A stretch of 64,000 nucleotides of DNA. It comes from Candidatus Limnocylindrus sp. GTDB lineage: Bacteria; Chloroflexota; Limnocylindria; Limnocylindrales; Limnocylindraceae. The notes beneath the pieces were generated by a model. That model had not been told where the DNA came from, did not search any database, and worked only from the letters and a program-made list of their open reading frames with translations. Position 1 is the stretch's first letter. Every line of letters starts with the position of its first letter. Below are positions 19,798 through 29,788 of this stretch, piece after piece. The DNA is taken from the NCBI GenBank assembly GCA_040397175.1, contig JBBAWM010000003.1, forward strand, positions 32,001 to 96,000, read 5' to 3'. The position numbers and the translations under genes are program-made.

Positions 19798-20585
19798 CGC
19801 TGTGCCCGCTCTGCCGCGTAGAGCATGATTGCGGAGGCCACCGCAAGGTTGAGGCTCTCCGCGGTTCCCAGCATGGGAATGAGAGCTGCGCTGGCACAGG
19901 CGCTGCGCAGGTTTGCGCTTAGGCCATCCGCCTCCGTGCCGATTACGATCATCGTTGGTGTCGCATATGGCAACGCGCTGTAGTCGGAGGCGCCATCCAG
20001 TGCGGTGGCGACCGTGCTCCCTGGCCAGCCCTTGAGCAGGGTGACCGCCTCCTCGTGTGTCGCGCGATAGATCGGCACGGTGAAGATCGACCCCATCGTG
20101 GCGCGGACCGTTTCAATGGAGTACGGGTCGCAGGTGTTGCCAACCAGAATCACGCCACCAGCGGCGCACGCATCGGCGCTGCGAATGGCGCTGCCGAGAT
20201 TGCCAGGGTCGCGCGGCGCTTCCAGCATGAGCCAGCGCGCCGCACACGTCGGGTCGATGCCCATCACCGATTGAACATCGGGGGCCGGATCGGCATAGAC
20301 GGCGAGCTGCTCCTGCGGATTGTCACGCCCGGTGATCTTCGCCAGCACCTCGGTCGTGACCGAAAACGATTCGCGTGCACGGCTCGCTCCACCATCGATG
20401 GGGGCGCGCAAGGGCCCCGCGGTCAGCAGCATCTCGGGGATCCAGCCCGCAGCGGTGGCGGTAGCAATCGTGCGCTCGCCCTCCGCCAAGAAGAGGCGCT
20501 GCTCGTCACGCCCCTTCGGCGTGCGTAGGGCGCGCAGACCCTTCACGACCGGGTTGGAGAGACTCTCGATGCGCAACGGCTGCAT
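19794..20585 (-). CDS. TrmH/SpoU family RNA 2'-O-methyltransferase
   Basis: RDPGNLGSAIRSADA, RATMGS, GTEADG, IPMLGTAESLNLA. Confidence 0.93.
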   Translation of the reverse strand: MQPLRIESLSNPVVKGLRALRTPKGRDEQRLFLAEGERTIATATAAGWIPEMLLTAGPLRAPIDGGASRARESFSVTTEVLAKITGRDNPQEQLAVYADPAPDVQSVMGIDPTCAARWLMLEAPRDPGNLGSAIRSADACAAGGVILVGNTCDPYSIETVRATMGSIFTVPIYRATHEEAVTLLKGWPGSTVATALDGASDYSALPYATPTMIVIGTEADGLSANLRSACASAALIPMLGTAESLNLAVASAIMLYAAERAQR

Positions 20586-20600
20586 GTGGTGAGGATACCC

Positions 20601-21575
20601 TTAGGGGGCTGCGACAGTTGCGCCAATGACGCGTAAGAGGGAGTCGTTGCCACGCGCATCCTGCGACAGCTCCCAGATCATGATGCCCCCGACCAGCCGC
20701 ATCGCAAGCTCGGTCTTTCGCTGAATCGTTGCTGGACCGTTGTAGTTCTGTTCCACACCCTGGTAGAGCACCCGGTCCCCACTCGCGGTCGCTGGGTCGT
20801 TCTCCAGCAGCGTGCGGTAGGTGGCGTTCCCCGGCCGAGCGTAGAACGGCACGCCAATCACAAGCTTCTCGGGCTGAATGCCGCGCGAGATCCAGCTCGC
20901 GATGGAGCGCTCCGCCATTGCGTACGAAGCGTGCTCCTCTCTTGGTCCGTCGTACGCCATCAGGTTGATGTAGTCGAGGTGCGCAACCGCTTCGGTCGAG
21001 ATCCCTTCGGCATCTGGTGCATTCGCCAGCACAGCCGCGGTCACGATTGCTCCAGTTGGCAGCGCCGCACGCAGCGCAAGGACGAGTGCGGTGAAGTGTG
21101 CCGCCGAAACCCCCGCATTCGGATACTCCCAATCAATGTCAACACCATCGAGTTGATAGGTGTCACAGAAGGCTGCCACGCGCCGTGCAAGGTTTGCCCG
21201 GATTGCCGGGTCGGCAGCAAGCGCCTCAAACTCGCGATCCCAACCCCAGCCGCCGAGGGCGATCAGCACCTTGACACCATACCTCTTCGCCTGCGTGACA
21301 ACCTTGCGCAAATGATTCGGCGCACTAAATGGTCGAACCGTGCCGTTCGAGCGCGGGATGAGAAAGGCGTAATTGATGTGCGTCAGTAGCGAAAAGTCGA
21401 TCTCGTTGATGTTGGCGGCAGGCGAGACATAGCCAACAACCTTGAACGGTTGAGTTCGCTGGATCTGCGTTGGGCTCGCCGACTCGTTGGGGGCGACCAC
21501 GACAGAGCAGCCAGCGAGTGTCAGCACGAGGGACAGCACCGCGAAACGCCGTGCGATTCGCGCAGCGAACATCAT
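20601..21575 (-). CDS. GH18 chitinase-like lipoprotein
   Basis: Lipobox LAGC; THINYAF, LGGW, DGVDIDWEYP (intact DxDxE), MAYD, GIMIWELSQD. Confidence 0.9.
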   Translation of the reverse strand: MMFAARIARRFAVLSLVLTLAGCSVVVAPNESASPTQIQRTQPFKVVGYVSPAANINEIDFSLLTHINYAFLIPRSNGTVRPFSAPNHLRKVVTQAKRYGVKVLIALGGWGWDREFEALAADPAIRANLARRVAAFCDTYQLDGVDIDWEYPNAGVSAAHFTALVLALRAALPTGAIVTAAVLANAPDAEGISTEAVAHLDYINLMAYDGPREEHASYAMAERSIASWISRGIQPEKLVIGVPFYARPGNATYRTLLENDPATASGDRVLYQGVEQNYNGPATIQRKTELAMRLVGGIMIWELSQDARGNDSLLRVIGATVAAP

Positions 21576-24280
21576 CAGCGACGCGTCTTGATGGCGCCGA
21601 GTTCAACGCGAGGTGATGGTCCAGCTGGTGCTGACCAGGCGATCAGCGTCACCTTGTAGGTGACCCCCTTCACGAGATTCGTGATCCTGCAGTGGGCGGC
21701 GGCTCCTGCAACTTGGGTAACCGTTGAGCCGGCTACGGAACAGCTACGAGTCGTTCGGCCCCGCGCGGTAGCGGTCGCAATCCAGCCCGCCGCCACGGTG
21801 GAATCTGCCGGAAGTGTCCAGTCGACGCGGATGGTGCCTCGACCCGCCGTGAGTGTTGTGCCAACAGGTGCACCGGGCACCTGCGTCGCCCAGGCACCGA
21901 TGCAGCGGCCGCCGCTACCGCCAGGAGTCGCACTGCGCACCCGTGTCGCGGCATACATCCCGCCGAACGCACTCCCCGCGAGGGCATCGGGCTCAACGGC
22001 GAGCCCCGTGCCGATAGTGGAGTAGCGCTGGGTGATCGGATCCCACACGGCAAGGTTCGGCGCAAGGAGGGCACCGGCACGTGCAAAGTAGCCGCCAACG
22101 GCAATCGTGCCGTCGCCGAGGGTCGCCATCGCCGTCACCCACGACGTCCGTCGCGGATAACTCACGCCACCACCCAAGGGGATCCAGCCGCCAGGTGCGG
22201 CAGGCTCAATCATTTGTACCGCTTCGCCATACCATCCGACACCGCGCCCAATTAGCGGATGGCCGAGCGAGTCAACGACCATGCTCGTCGGAAGATCGGA
22301 GAAGAGCCGAGCGTCACCGATCACGCTCCACTGCTTTGTCGTCGGGCTCCACGCAGAGACAAGCCCGTCCACGAACCTGCCGGCGGCGTAGACCGTGCCG
22401 TCGCTGGAGAGTGCCGCCGTGGCGACATCGGATTGCAGCCCAGCACCGAGGCGCAGCCATCTCTGTCTCACTGGGCTCCAAAGTGCAATGTTTGCCGAGG
22501 CGGCACCGCCCGCCTTCGTAAAGTGACCAGCAACCAAAAGGGTGCCGCTCGCCTCATTGAGCGAGAGGGCTCGGACCGAGATCGCCTCTCCAGTCAGCCC
22601 AGTGCCAACCCCTGACCAGACACCGGTGCGCAGATTCAGCTGGGCGATTCCGACCGCCGCAACACGGCGGGCGCCTCGCGTCACGCTGCTGAAGTTGCCG
22701 GCGACATACAGGATGTTTCTGGTCGCATCGACGGCGAGGCTATACACCGAGGCAACGCGGCCCTTTGAACCGTTCAGCATCGCAAGTGCCTTCCAGGAGC
22801 CGGTCCGCGGGTCGCGCACGGCGAGGCCCGCCACCGACACGCCGGCAGCTTTTGTCAGCCCGACGCCCCCAACAACAAGGCGGCCGTCGGGAAGCTCCGC
22901 CATCGTGGTGGAACTTCCAACCCAGCCATCGGTTGAGCCGAGGGCGATCCATCGAGCCGCCAGCGCATCACTGCTGCTGCTCGGTGTGGGATCGCCGCAG
23001 AAGTCCACGGGTAGGGCCACAGGTGGATCTGGTGGCTCCGGGTCCCCACTCTCCGCGGCGGTTGGACGTGCAACGCCACTCGCATCCGCGGAGGGCCGAT
23101 CAACCACCTTGAAGAGATCCTGCACGAGGTCGTCAGCGAAGGAGTTTGTCGACGGTGTGCCATTCGCGACCGCCGCAATGGTGATGCCAAGTGCGGGAAT
23201 TCGGTGAAGTGAGCTCGTGACCCCAGAGAATCCACCGTTGTGGCCGTAGCTGCGCAGCGCTCCAAGCCAGGTGCGATCCACTTGTGTTCCGTAGTTATAG
23301 AGCCACGACGACCAGGTTTGATGTCCGATGCCATTCATCGCTAATGTCTCAGGGCCCTCCGTGAGGCGGTTCCCCCAGAAGAGTTCTCCGAATCGTGCCA
23401 GGTCCCGCGGCGTTGACATGATGTCGCCGGCGCCTCGCAAGATCGTGGCAACCGACTTGCTGGGACCCCATCCAGCGAATCCGTAGGGTTTCCCTCCCAT
23501 ATGCGGTCGAGCGGCACCAGCCTTCGGCCCCCACCCGGTCTCCGACATGCCCATCGGGTCGAGCACGAGCGTCTGAACCAGCCTCTTCCAGTCGACACCG
23601 GTCGCACGCTCCGCGGCGATCGTCACGAGGGTGAATCCAGAGTTTGAATATGCGAACTCACCAACGGTGGTTGGTGGCAGCAGGTTTCGTACCGCGGTGA
23701 GTGGGGCAACCTTCGCATTCTGATGTCTGCTGAGCCACCCCATTCTCGAGTCGTTGTCAGTGAGCCAATCACTCATGCCCGATCGATGCAAGAGCAGCTG
23801 GGCAATCGTTACCTCGGAGGCCACGTCGGCTTCGGGCACCAGTGATGCGGCACGGGTGTCAAGCGGCAAGATTCCGCAGTGGTCAAGCAGCAGTGCTACC
23901 GCAGAGGTGATCGCCTTGCTCGTGCTCGCGATTGCGAACGGCATCGATGGGGTAACCACGCGCCTACTCGTGGTGTCACCCACTCCCGCAGTAGCGGTGA
24001 GGCTCCGGCCGTCATCCCAGCGAATGGCAACGGAGACACCTGGGAGGCGTGATCGACGCCCCTTCTGCCAGGCCACGACCTTTGCGGTGATGGCACGGGC
24101 GAGAGCGGGGTCGACCGCCCGTGCCGCCGGAAGCGGTACAGGACGCGCCGCGCACGCCTGCCAATTGACGGGATCAGACGCAGCAACCGCTGCCACCGTT
24201 TGACCAGAGAGGTTGATCGCGACGGCGAGCAGGGCGACGCACAGGTGAGCGGCGCGACGCGGTCGAGCGGTGAATCGCAT
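21575..24280 (-). CDS. Secreted serine hydrolase (beta-lactamase/PBP family) with beta-propeller repeats and a C-terminal FN3 domain
   Basis: Signal peptide; STSK, LLLHRSG, YSN, GHNGG; repeated xLxVAGxF...IAxWxPxxxxW units; ITNLVKGVTYKVTL. Confidence 0.8.
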   Translation of the reverse strand: MRFTARPRRAAHLCVALLAVAINLSGQTVAAVAASDPVNWQACAARPVPLPAARAVDPALARAITAKVVAWQKGRRSRLPGVSVAIRWDDGRSLTATAGVGDTTSRRVVTPSMPFAIASTSKAITSAVALLLDHCGILPLDTRAASLVPEADVASEVTIAQLLLHRSGMSDWLTDNDSRMGWLSRHQNAKVAPLTAVRNLLPPTTVGEFAYSNSGFTLVTIAAERATGVDWKRLVQTLVLDPMGMSETGWGPKAGAARPHMGGKPYGFAGWGPSKSVATILRGAGDIMSTPRDLARFGELFWGNRLTEGPETLAMNGIGHQTWSSWLYNYGTQVDRTWLGALRSYGHNGGFSGVTSSLHRIPALGITIAAVANGTPSTNSFADDLVQDLFKVVDRPSADASGVARPTAAESGDPEPPDPPVALPVDFCGDPTPSSSSDALAARWIALGSTDGWVGSSTTMAELPDGRLVVGGVGLTKAAGVSVAGLAVRDPRTGSWKALAMLNGSKGRVASVYSLAVDATRNILYVAGNFSSVTRGARRVAAVGIAQLNLRTGVWSGVGTGLTGEAISVRALSLNEASGTLLVAGHFTKAGGAASANIALWSPVRQRWLRLGAGLQSDVATAALSSDGTVYAAGRFVDGLVSAWSPTTKQWSVIGDARLFSDLPTSMVVDSLGHPLIGRGVGWYGEAVQMIEPAAPGGWIPLGGGVSYPRRTSWVTAMATLGDGTIAVGGYFARAGALLAPNLAVWDPITQRYSTIGTGLAVEPDALAGSAFGGMYAATRVRSATPGGSGGRCIGAWATQVPGAPVGTTLTAGRGTIRVDWTLPADSTVAAGWIATATARGRTTRSCSVAGSTVTQVAGAAAHCRITNLVKGVTYKVTLIAWSAPAGPSPRVELGAIKTRR

Positions 24281-24366
24281 GGGAAGAGTCTAGCGCCGTA
24301 CCCTCAGGGCAGCACGATAGAATGGCGCAAGCAAGCTAAGCGGCTTGCAGCAGATGGAGAGTAGAA

Positions 24367-24777
24367 ATGCCTGAAGTGAATGCACTTGCGATCATCGCCG
24401 GAACCGCCGTTAGTTTTGTCAGCGGCTTCCTCTGGTTTGGACCAGCAACGTTCTATCCGACCTGGTGGCGCTTGATGGGGAAGGGGCCAAAGGATGTGCC
24501 GGGTGGCGGCCTCAATATGAGGATCGCCTTCGGCTCTGTGCTCGTGGGTCAGATCTTGCAGGTCACGGTGCTTGCACTCATCGTCAGCGCCATTAAACTC
24601 ACCGCGCCAATCGACGGTGCGCTCGTTGGCCTGTTGATCGGCGTCGGCATTGTTGGGGGTAGCAGCCTCAGCCATCGGATCTTTGCGGGACACGGCTTTG
24701 GCGTCCTGCTCATTGAGGCAGGGAACGACATCGTGAATCTTGGGCTCGTTGGTGCGCTCCTGGTGGCGCTGCGCTAG
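24367..24777 (+). CDS. DUF1761 family membrane protein
   Basis: NALAII...GFLWFGP..F...W; four TM segments; GGAG RBS. Confidence 0.75.
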   Translation: MPEVNALAIIAGTAVSFVSGFLWFGPATFYPTWWRLMGKGPKDVPGGGLNMRIAFGSVLVGQILQVTVLALIVSAIKLTAPIDGALVGLLIGVGIVGGSSLSHRIFAGHGFGVLLIEAGNDIVNLGLVGALLVALR

Positions 24778-24839
24778 GCCCACGGGCCGTACCTGCAGTC
24801 GGCGCGACTGGCCCGTGCAGTCGGGTAGTGCGCGGCGGG

Positions 24840-26450
24840 TTACGGCTGGCTGACCCCTGGGTCAACCACGGAGAGAAGGACCGAGGTACGGCCCCACCCT
24901 CGGCCTGAGGTAGCGCCGTCGCGGCCATCACCGTACGCCAGTACGGTCAGACCATTGGCGGTACATGCTGCGGAGTCGGCAAGGCCGATCCCGTTGTGAT
25001 TGCGTCCGAGCACCCGCGCGTTCCAAGAGGCGCGTGCGGTGACGAGTGGCGGCGCCCAGGTTGCTCCCGCATCACGCGACACAAAGGCGTAACCGCCAAT
25101 CACGACTGGGGGTCGACGGGTCGCGCGGAGCTCTTTCGCCATGAGTGCCGTAGCGGTGCGCAGGCCTACGACGACACGGCCGTCACCGCAGGCGGTGACA
25201 ACGGGTCGGAAGGATCCCGACGCCCCTCCGCCGGTACTTCTTGCCCCGGCAACGCGAATCGAGGGTAGATCTTGCCAGCTCCATGTCAGGCCGCCGTCGA
25301 GGCTAGTGCCAAGTCGGACGAGTGCCGCAGGCGGCTGTGACCGAACGGTCCGAACGTCACCGACCGCCAGGTAGATTGCACCGCTCGTGGGGTCAACGCT
25401 CAGTCCGTAGGCCCACGTGGGATCGGCAATGAGGGCGTTGGTTCCTGGGTAAAAGATGCCCGCGAGGGTCTGCGGGCTCCGCGAAACCTCGGTAGCAACG
25501 ACCGTTGGGCCGACGTTGATCGTGCCGCCAACCCTGTCAACCGTAACCGCCGCGGTCGTGAACGCCTGTCGGCACACATTGGCACTATCCCCTTTGGCAA
25601 ATGGGCTTGTTGGGCTCCAGCGGCGAAGGTCTGACTGATATCCAACGACATGCAAGATGCCGTCGGCGCCCACAGCGCCACGATACGAGATGCGCCACGT
25701 GTAGCGGCAGCCCTCCGGAAGAGGTGCCGGTGGCACCTCGGCGCCGAGCGACCAGGTACCACCGTAATCTGTTGAAGCGAGCACGCGCATCCCCGATCCC
25801 CCGCTCTCACCAAGCGCGTGGTTGTAGATCACGAACACGTTGCCGAAGCCTGGGCTCACGGAATTCCTATCGACGGTGATCGCCGGGAGTCCACCGATCC
25901 AGGGTGCGGTGCTCGAGTTTATGACGGGCTTCGACCAGGTGACTCCCTCATCGTCACTTCACGCCATGGTCACGGAGTGCTTCTTGTAATTGCAGCCCGG
26001 CACGGTGGTGTTTACCCAATAGAGGCGCGCACTCCCTTCGGTCGGGCCTGGGCCCCAGGCAATGGTTGCGTGGTAGCTCTGACCTCGACCGCCGCCGAGT
26101 CCAGGCCCCACCTTGGTACTTCTCCACGTTGCCCCACCATCGTGCGAGATGCGGACGACGGAGCCGGACCCGCAGTGCATCCAGCTCTCGTACCCCTGAT
26201 AGACGACAGCAAGGGTATTGGGATCCGTTGGGTGGGTGGTGACGGTTGGCTCGTATGCGCTGTTTCGTGGCCACGCCCGCCCATTGAAACTTGGACTGAC
26301 GCGGTACTCCACCGATGTTGGGTCGGCACCCACCTCGAACGGCAGGACGCCGGAGACGGCCGACTCAGAACGCATGCGAGCGGCAACGGGCGCTGGGCCG
26401 GCGACGCCGATAAGAAGGGCCGCGGCCAACAGGAGTGGGCTCCAGATCAT
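24840..26450 (-). pseudogene. Secreted BNR/Asp-box (sialidase-like beta-propeller) protein interrupted by an in-frame TGA at 25959-25961
   Basis: ORFs 25959..26489 and 24840..25859 are in the same frame. Read-through gives HSVTMA*SDDEGVTWSKP; other Asp boxes are SHDGGATW, STDYGGTW, SLDGGLTW, SRDAGATW. Confidence 0.75.
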
Positions 26451-26457
26451 GCGCACA

Positions 26458-28320
26458 TTATGCCTGGAGCCCGAACTGCATCGCCGCAAGTTCTGCGTAG
26501 AGTCCGCCCTTGGCGCGCAACTCTTCGTGTCGTCCGCGCTCCACGATTACACCGTGATCCAAGACGATGATCTGATCTGCGGAAGACACGGTGCTGAGCC
26601 GATGTGCAACCGCAATGGTGGTGCGACCTGCCATCGCGCGCTCCAACGCCTGCTGCACATGGCGTTCCGACACCGAGTCGAGCGCAGAGGTTGCCTCGTC
26701 GAGCAAGAGGATTGGCGGATCTTTCAAGAGAACGCGAGCGATCGCGAGGCGCTGACGCTCCCCTCCAGAGAGCTTGTAGCCGCGCTCACCCACCACCGTG
26801 TCGAGACCCTGTGGCAGCTCGTTCATGCGTTCGGCCAGCGAGGCCCCCTCGAGCGCCACAAGGATTTGCGCGTCCGACGCCTCTGGTCGCGCATAGAGCA
26901 GATTGTCGCGAATGCTGGCGTGCAGGAGGTGGGTCTCTTGCGTAACGACGCCAATCATTTCGCCCAGTGATCGCAGCTTGATCTGCCGCACATCGACACC
27001 GTCGAGCAGTACCGAGCCGTCACTTGCATCCCAGAATCGCGGGATGAGGCTGAGGATCGTGCTCTTCCCCGAACCCGATGGGCCAACCAGTGCGGTGAGG
27101 CTCCCCGGCTCGGCGGTGAACGAGATGCCCGTGAGGCCGAAGGAGTCGCGCCGATGCCGGCCGTGCCCCTCGGGTGGCTGCGGATAGCGGAAACTGACAT
27201 CACGCAGCAGTAGGTGCCCGCGAACACCGTCACGCGTCAGCGTGATCGCATTTGGCGCATCGACGATTTCAGGGACAAGGTCGAGGTAGGCGAAGATGCG
27301 TTCGAAGAGCGCCAGGCTGCCGCCGATCTCTACCTGGAGCCCAAGCAGCGAGGCGAGCGGGAAGAAGAGTCGGCTCTGCAGCGTGGTGAACGCCACGATG
27401 TCGCCGATCGTTGGCGCGTCAGCGGCACCAGCGACCGAGAGTGATCCGGCAACGAAGTAGACCAGCGCAGGAATGCCGCTGAAGACCACCTGCACCACCA
27501 CACCGACCCAACGACCGGTGAGTGCCTGTCGCAACTGCAGCGTGGCGAGCTCTGCCGATCGCTTGGTGAATCGCTCTGCGCCAGCCTCCGAGCGACCGAA
27601 TGATTTAGCCAGGAGCGCGCCACCCACCGAGAGGTGCTCTTCAGCGATGGAGGTGAGGTCGGCGAGCGCCGTCTGCACCTCACCGCTCGCCTTACGACGT
27701 GCCGCAGATGCCTGGGATGTGAGGAAGAGGAAGATCGGCGCCACCGCGATGCTCACAACCGTGAGGCGCCAGTCGATGATCGTCATCGCTACCAACGTTG
27801 AAGCCACAATGGCGATGCTCGACGCGAGGTTCGCCGCCGCATCGCTCACGACCGACTGCACCCCAGAAACGTCGTTGGTCAGGCGGCTCTGGATCTCGCC
27901 GGTTCGCGTCTCCGAGAAGAAGCGGATCGGCATGGACTGCACGTGTACGAACAGCGCGTTGCGCAGGTCGCGCATCACGAACTGGCCCACGGAGGCGGTG
28001 AGCCACGCCTGCGCGAGACCGATCGCACCGTTGATGATCGGCACGATAACCATCAAGCCGGCGTAGAGCGCCAGTAACCCAAGGTCTCGTTGTGGAATGG
28101 CTTCGTCGATCAGCAGTTTCAGGAGATACGGGTTGGCAAGCCCCAAGACGCTTGATCCGAGGATTGCCACGCCGATAATGCCGAGCCGCCCGCGATATGG
28201 TCCAAAGAATCTCGCTGCTCGGCGCAAGAGCGGCAGTGCCGCTCCGGCCGGCTTGGTCGGGCCTTGGCCCTCACCACCAAACATGTGGCCGCCGCGCCCT
28301 GGACCCATGCCACCGCTCAT
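26458..28320 (-). CDS. ABC exporter, fused permease/ATPase (MdlB/Sav1866 family)
   Basis: TM domain plus GPSGSGKS, LSGGERQR, LLLDEATSALD, AHRLST. Confidence 0.93.
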   Translation of the reverse strand: MSGGMGPGRGGHMFGGEGQGPTKPAGAALPLLRRAARFFGPYRGRLGIIGVAILGSSVLGLANPYLLKLLIDEAIPQRDLGLLALYAGLMVIVPIINGAIGLAQAWLTASVGQFVMRDLRNALFVHVQSMPIRFFSETRTGEIQSRLTNDVSGVQSVVSDAAANLASSIAIVASTLVAMTIIDWRLTVVSIAVAPIFLFLTSQASAARRKASGEVQTALADLTSIAEEHLSVGGALLAKSFGRSEAGAERFTKRSAELATLQLRQALTGRWVGVVVQVVFSGIPALVYFVAGSLSVAGAADAPTIGDIVAFTTLQSRLFFPLASLLGLQVEIGGSLALFERIFAYLDLVPEIVDAPNAITLTRDGVRGHLLLRDVSFRYPQPPEGHGRHRRDSFGLTGISFTAEPGSLTALVGPSGSGKSTILSLIPRFWDASDGSVLLDGVDVRQIKLRSLGEMIGVVTQETHLLHASIRDNLLYARPEASDAQILVALEGASLAERMNELPQGLDTVVGERGYKLSGGERQRLAIARVLLKDPPILLLDEATSALDSVSERHVQQALERAMAGRTTIAVAHRLSTVSSADQIIVLDHGVIVERGRHEELRAKGGLYAELAAMQFGLQA

Positions 28321-28364
28321 CGACGTAGACGCGCTGAGGTGAGTACGAGTGCTTCAGGTGTCAT
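28317..28364 (-). CDS. Putative leaderless upstream peptide MTPEALVLTSARLRR, ATGA-coupled to the ABC exporter
   Basis: TACAAT 7 nt before ATG 28364; its TGA overlaps the exporter ATG, which has no SD. Confidence 0.45.
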   Translation of the reverse strand: MTPEALVLTSARLRR

Positions 28365-28406
28365 CAAGCGGATTGTAGACGTGTGGCGCAACACAGCCCG
28401 AGGGAC

Positions 28407-28835
28407 CTAGTTTCCTGTCACCTCAAGATCAACGAACATGCCCTGCTGGTAATGGTCTGCGATGTTGCACATGAGCACATAGTGGCCGGCTGGCAGGTCG
28501 ATGGTAAAGGTGCCAGTGACCCCCGTCTGAAGGTCCCCGTACTCCCCGGGCGACGTGAGCTTCTCCTCGTCGAGGCGCATGGTGACAGGATCAACCTGGG
28601 CGACGAGGTCACGCCCCGGTACATCGGTTTGGATGATCACGAACTCATGGTCAATGTTGCCCTGGCTATCAATGTAGAAGGTGATCGGTCCTGCCACGTG
28701 GCTCGGTGTGTTTGTCGCGATCTTCCACTCCTTGACCGCCGCGATGATTGCGGTGGTCTTGACGATTTGTGCGCTCGCAATCGGTGCGCCAATCAAGACC
28801 AAGAGCAGTGCCCCAACTCCAACAAATCGCTTCAT
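28407..28835 (-). CDS. Secreted blue-copper cupredoxin (auracyanin/sulfocyanin-like)
   Basis: Signal peptide; DHEF plus CNIADHYQQGM (Cx4Hx4M type-1 copper site). Start at MKRFV (CACACT-6nt-ATG). Confidence 0.82.
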   Translation of the reverse strand: MKRFVGVGALLLVLIGAPIASAQIVKTTAIIAAVKEWKIATNTPSHVAGPITFYIDSQGNIDHEFVIIQTDVPGRDLVAQVDPVTMRLDEEKLTSPGEYGDLQTGVTGTFTIDLPAGHYVLMCNIADHYQQGMFVDLEVTGN

Positions 28836-28897
28836 GCTCTCAGTGTGCATCCGCCCTGGAGGAGCCGGTAAACCCACGTGTGCCGATCGGGATTCTC

Positions 28898-29788
28898 CTA
28901 GATTCCCGAACCCTCGCCCGCCACCTCATCGGTGCGCACACGCGCCTGAGAAAGCTGACTCCCAGCAGGAACGCTCTTCGTAAGCCATACGTTGCCGCCA
29001 ATCGTCGAACCACGCCCAACCGTGATTCGGCCAAGGATCGTTGCCCCCGAGTAGATCACCACGTCGTCTTCAATGATCGGGTGGCGAGGCTGACCCTTCA
29101 CCAGGTTGCCATCGTCACCCTTCGGGAAGCTCTTGGAGCCGAGGGTAACTCCCTGGTAGAGGCGCACGCCACTGCCAATGATTGCCGTCTCGCCAATGAC
29201 CACGCCGGTTCCATGGTCAATGAAGAAGCGCTCGCCAATCGTGGCGCCAGGGTGGATATCAATCCCCGTGGCTGAGTGCGCCGCCTCCGACGCAATGCGT
29301 GGAAGCAGCGGCACATTCAACGTGTACAAGAGGTGCGCCATGCGGTGATCGATCATGGCGCGAACGCCTGGGTAGCCATGCAAGATCTCGGAACGGCTGC
29401 GTGCCGCGGGGTCGCCGGCAAACGCTGTGGCGATATCACCCTCTACGAGCGTGCGGATTGCAGGGAGCTCCGCTGCAAACGCGGCAACCGCCCGATCAAC
29501 GTGATCGAGAGTGAGCCCCTCACCAGGTCGCTCCGCCGCGAACAAGACCGTGCATCGCCGAACGTGCTCGCGTAGACCGGCGAGCGCCGCCGCAAGGTGT
29601 GCGGCTACCGCTGCCTCACCATCGGCTGCAACGCCAAGCTCACGCGGGAAAAGTGCGGCACGAAGCTCAGCCAGCACGCGGGTAATCTCACCGCGCGATG
29701 GGCGGTCGCCTGCCGCCACCGCACCACCCGCGAGGGCGGCGTCGGCGGCGATCAGCGCGCGACTGAGTGCAGCAGCATCAACGCTCAC
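28898..29788 (-). CDS. cysE: Serine O-acetyltransferase (EpsC/CysE type)
   Basis: [39 protein letters not shown]; C-terminal Ile (EGSGI); GTGA overlap with cysK. Confidence 0.92.
   Translation of the reverse strand: MSVDAAALSRALIAADAALAGGAVAAGDRPSRGEITRVLAELRAALFPRELGVAADGEAAVAAHLAAALAGLREHVRRCTVLFAAERPGEGLTLDHVDRAVAAFAAELPAIRTLVEGDIATAFAGDPAARSRSEILHGYPGVRAMIDHRMAHLLYTLNVPLLPRIASEAAHSATGIDIHPGATIGERFFIDHGTGVVIGETAIIGSGVRLYQGVTLGSKSFPKGDDGNLVKGQPRHPIIEDDVVIYSGATILGRITVGRGSTIGGNVWLTKSVPAGSQLSQARVRTDEVAGEGSGI

Noticed and set aside
25900-25961. Selenocysteine recoding or TGA=Trp genetic code
   Set aside because: TGA is the normal stop of many genes here (cysK, galU, folC). The site is a structural Asp-box flank, not a redox Cys position, and no convincing SECIS follows.
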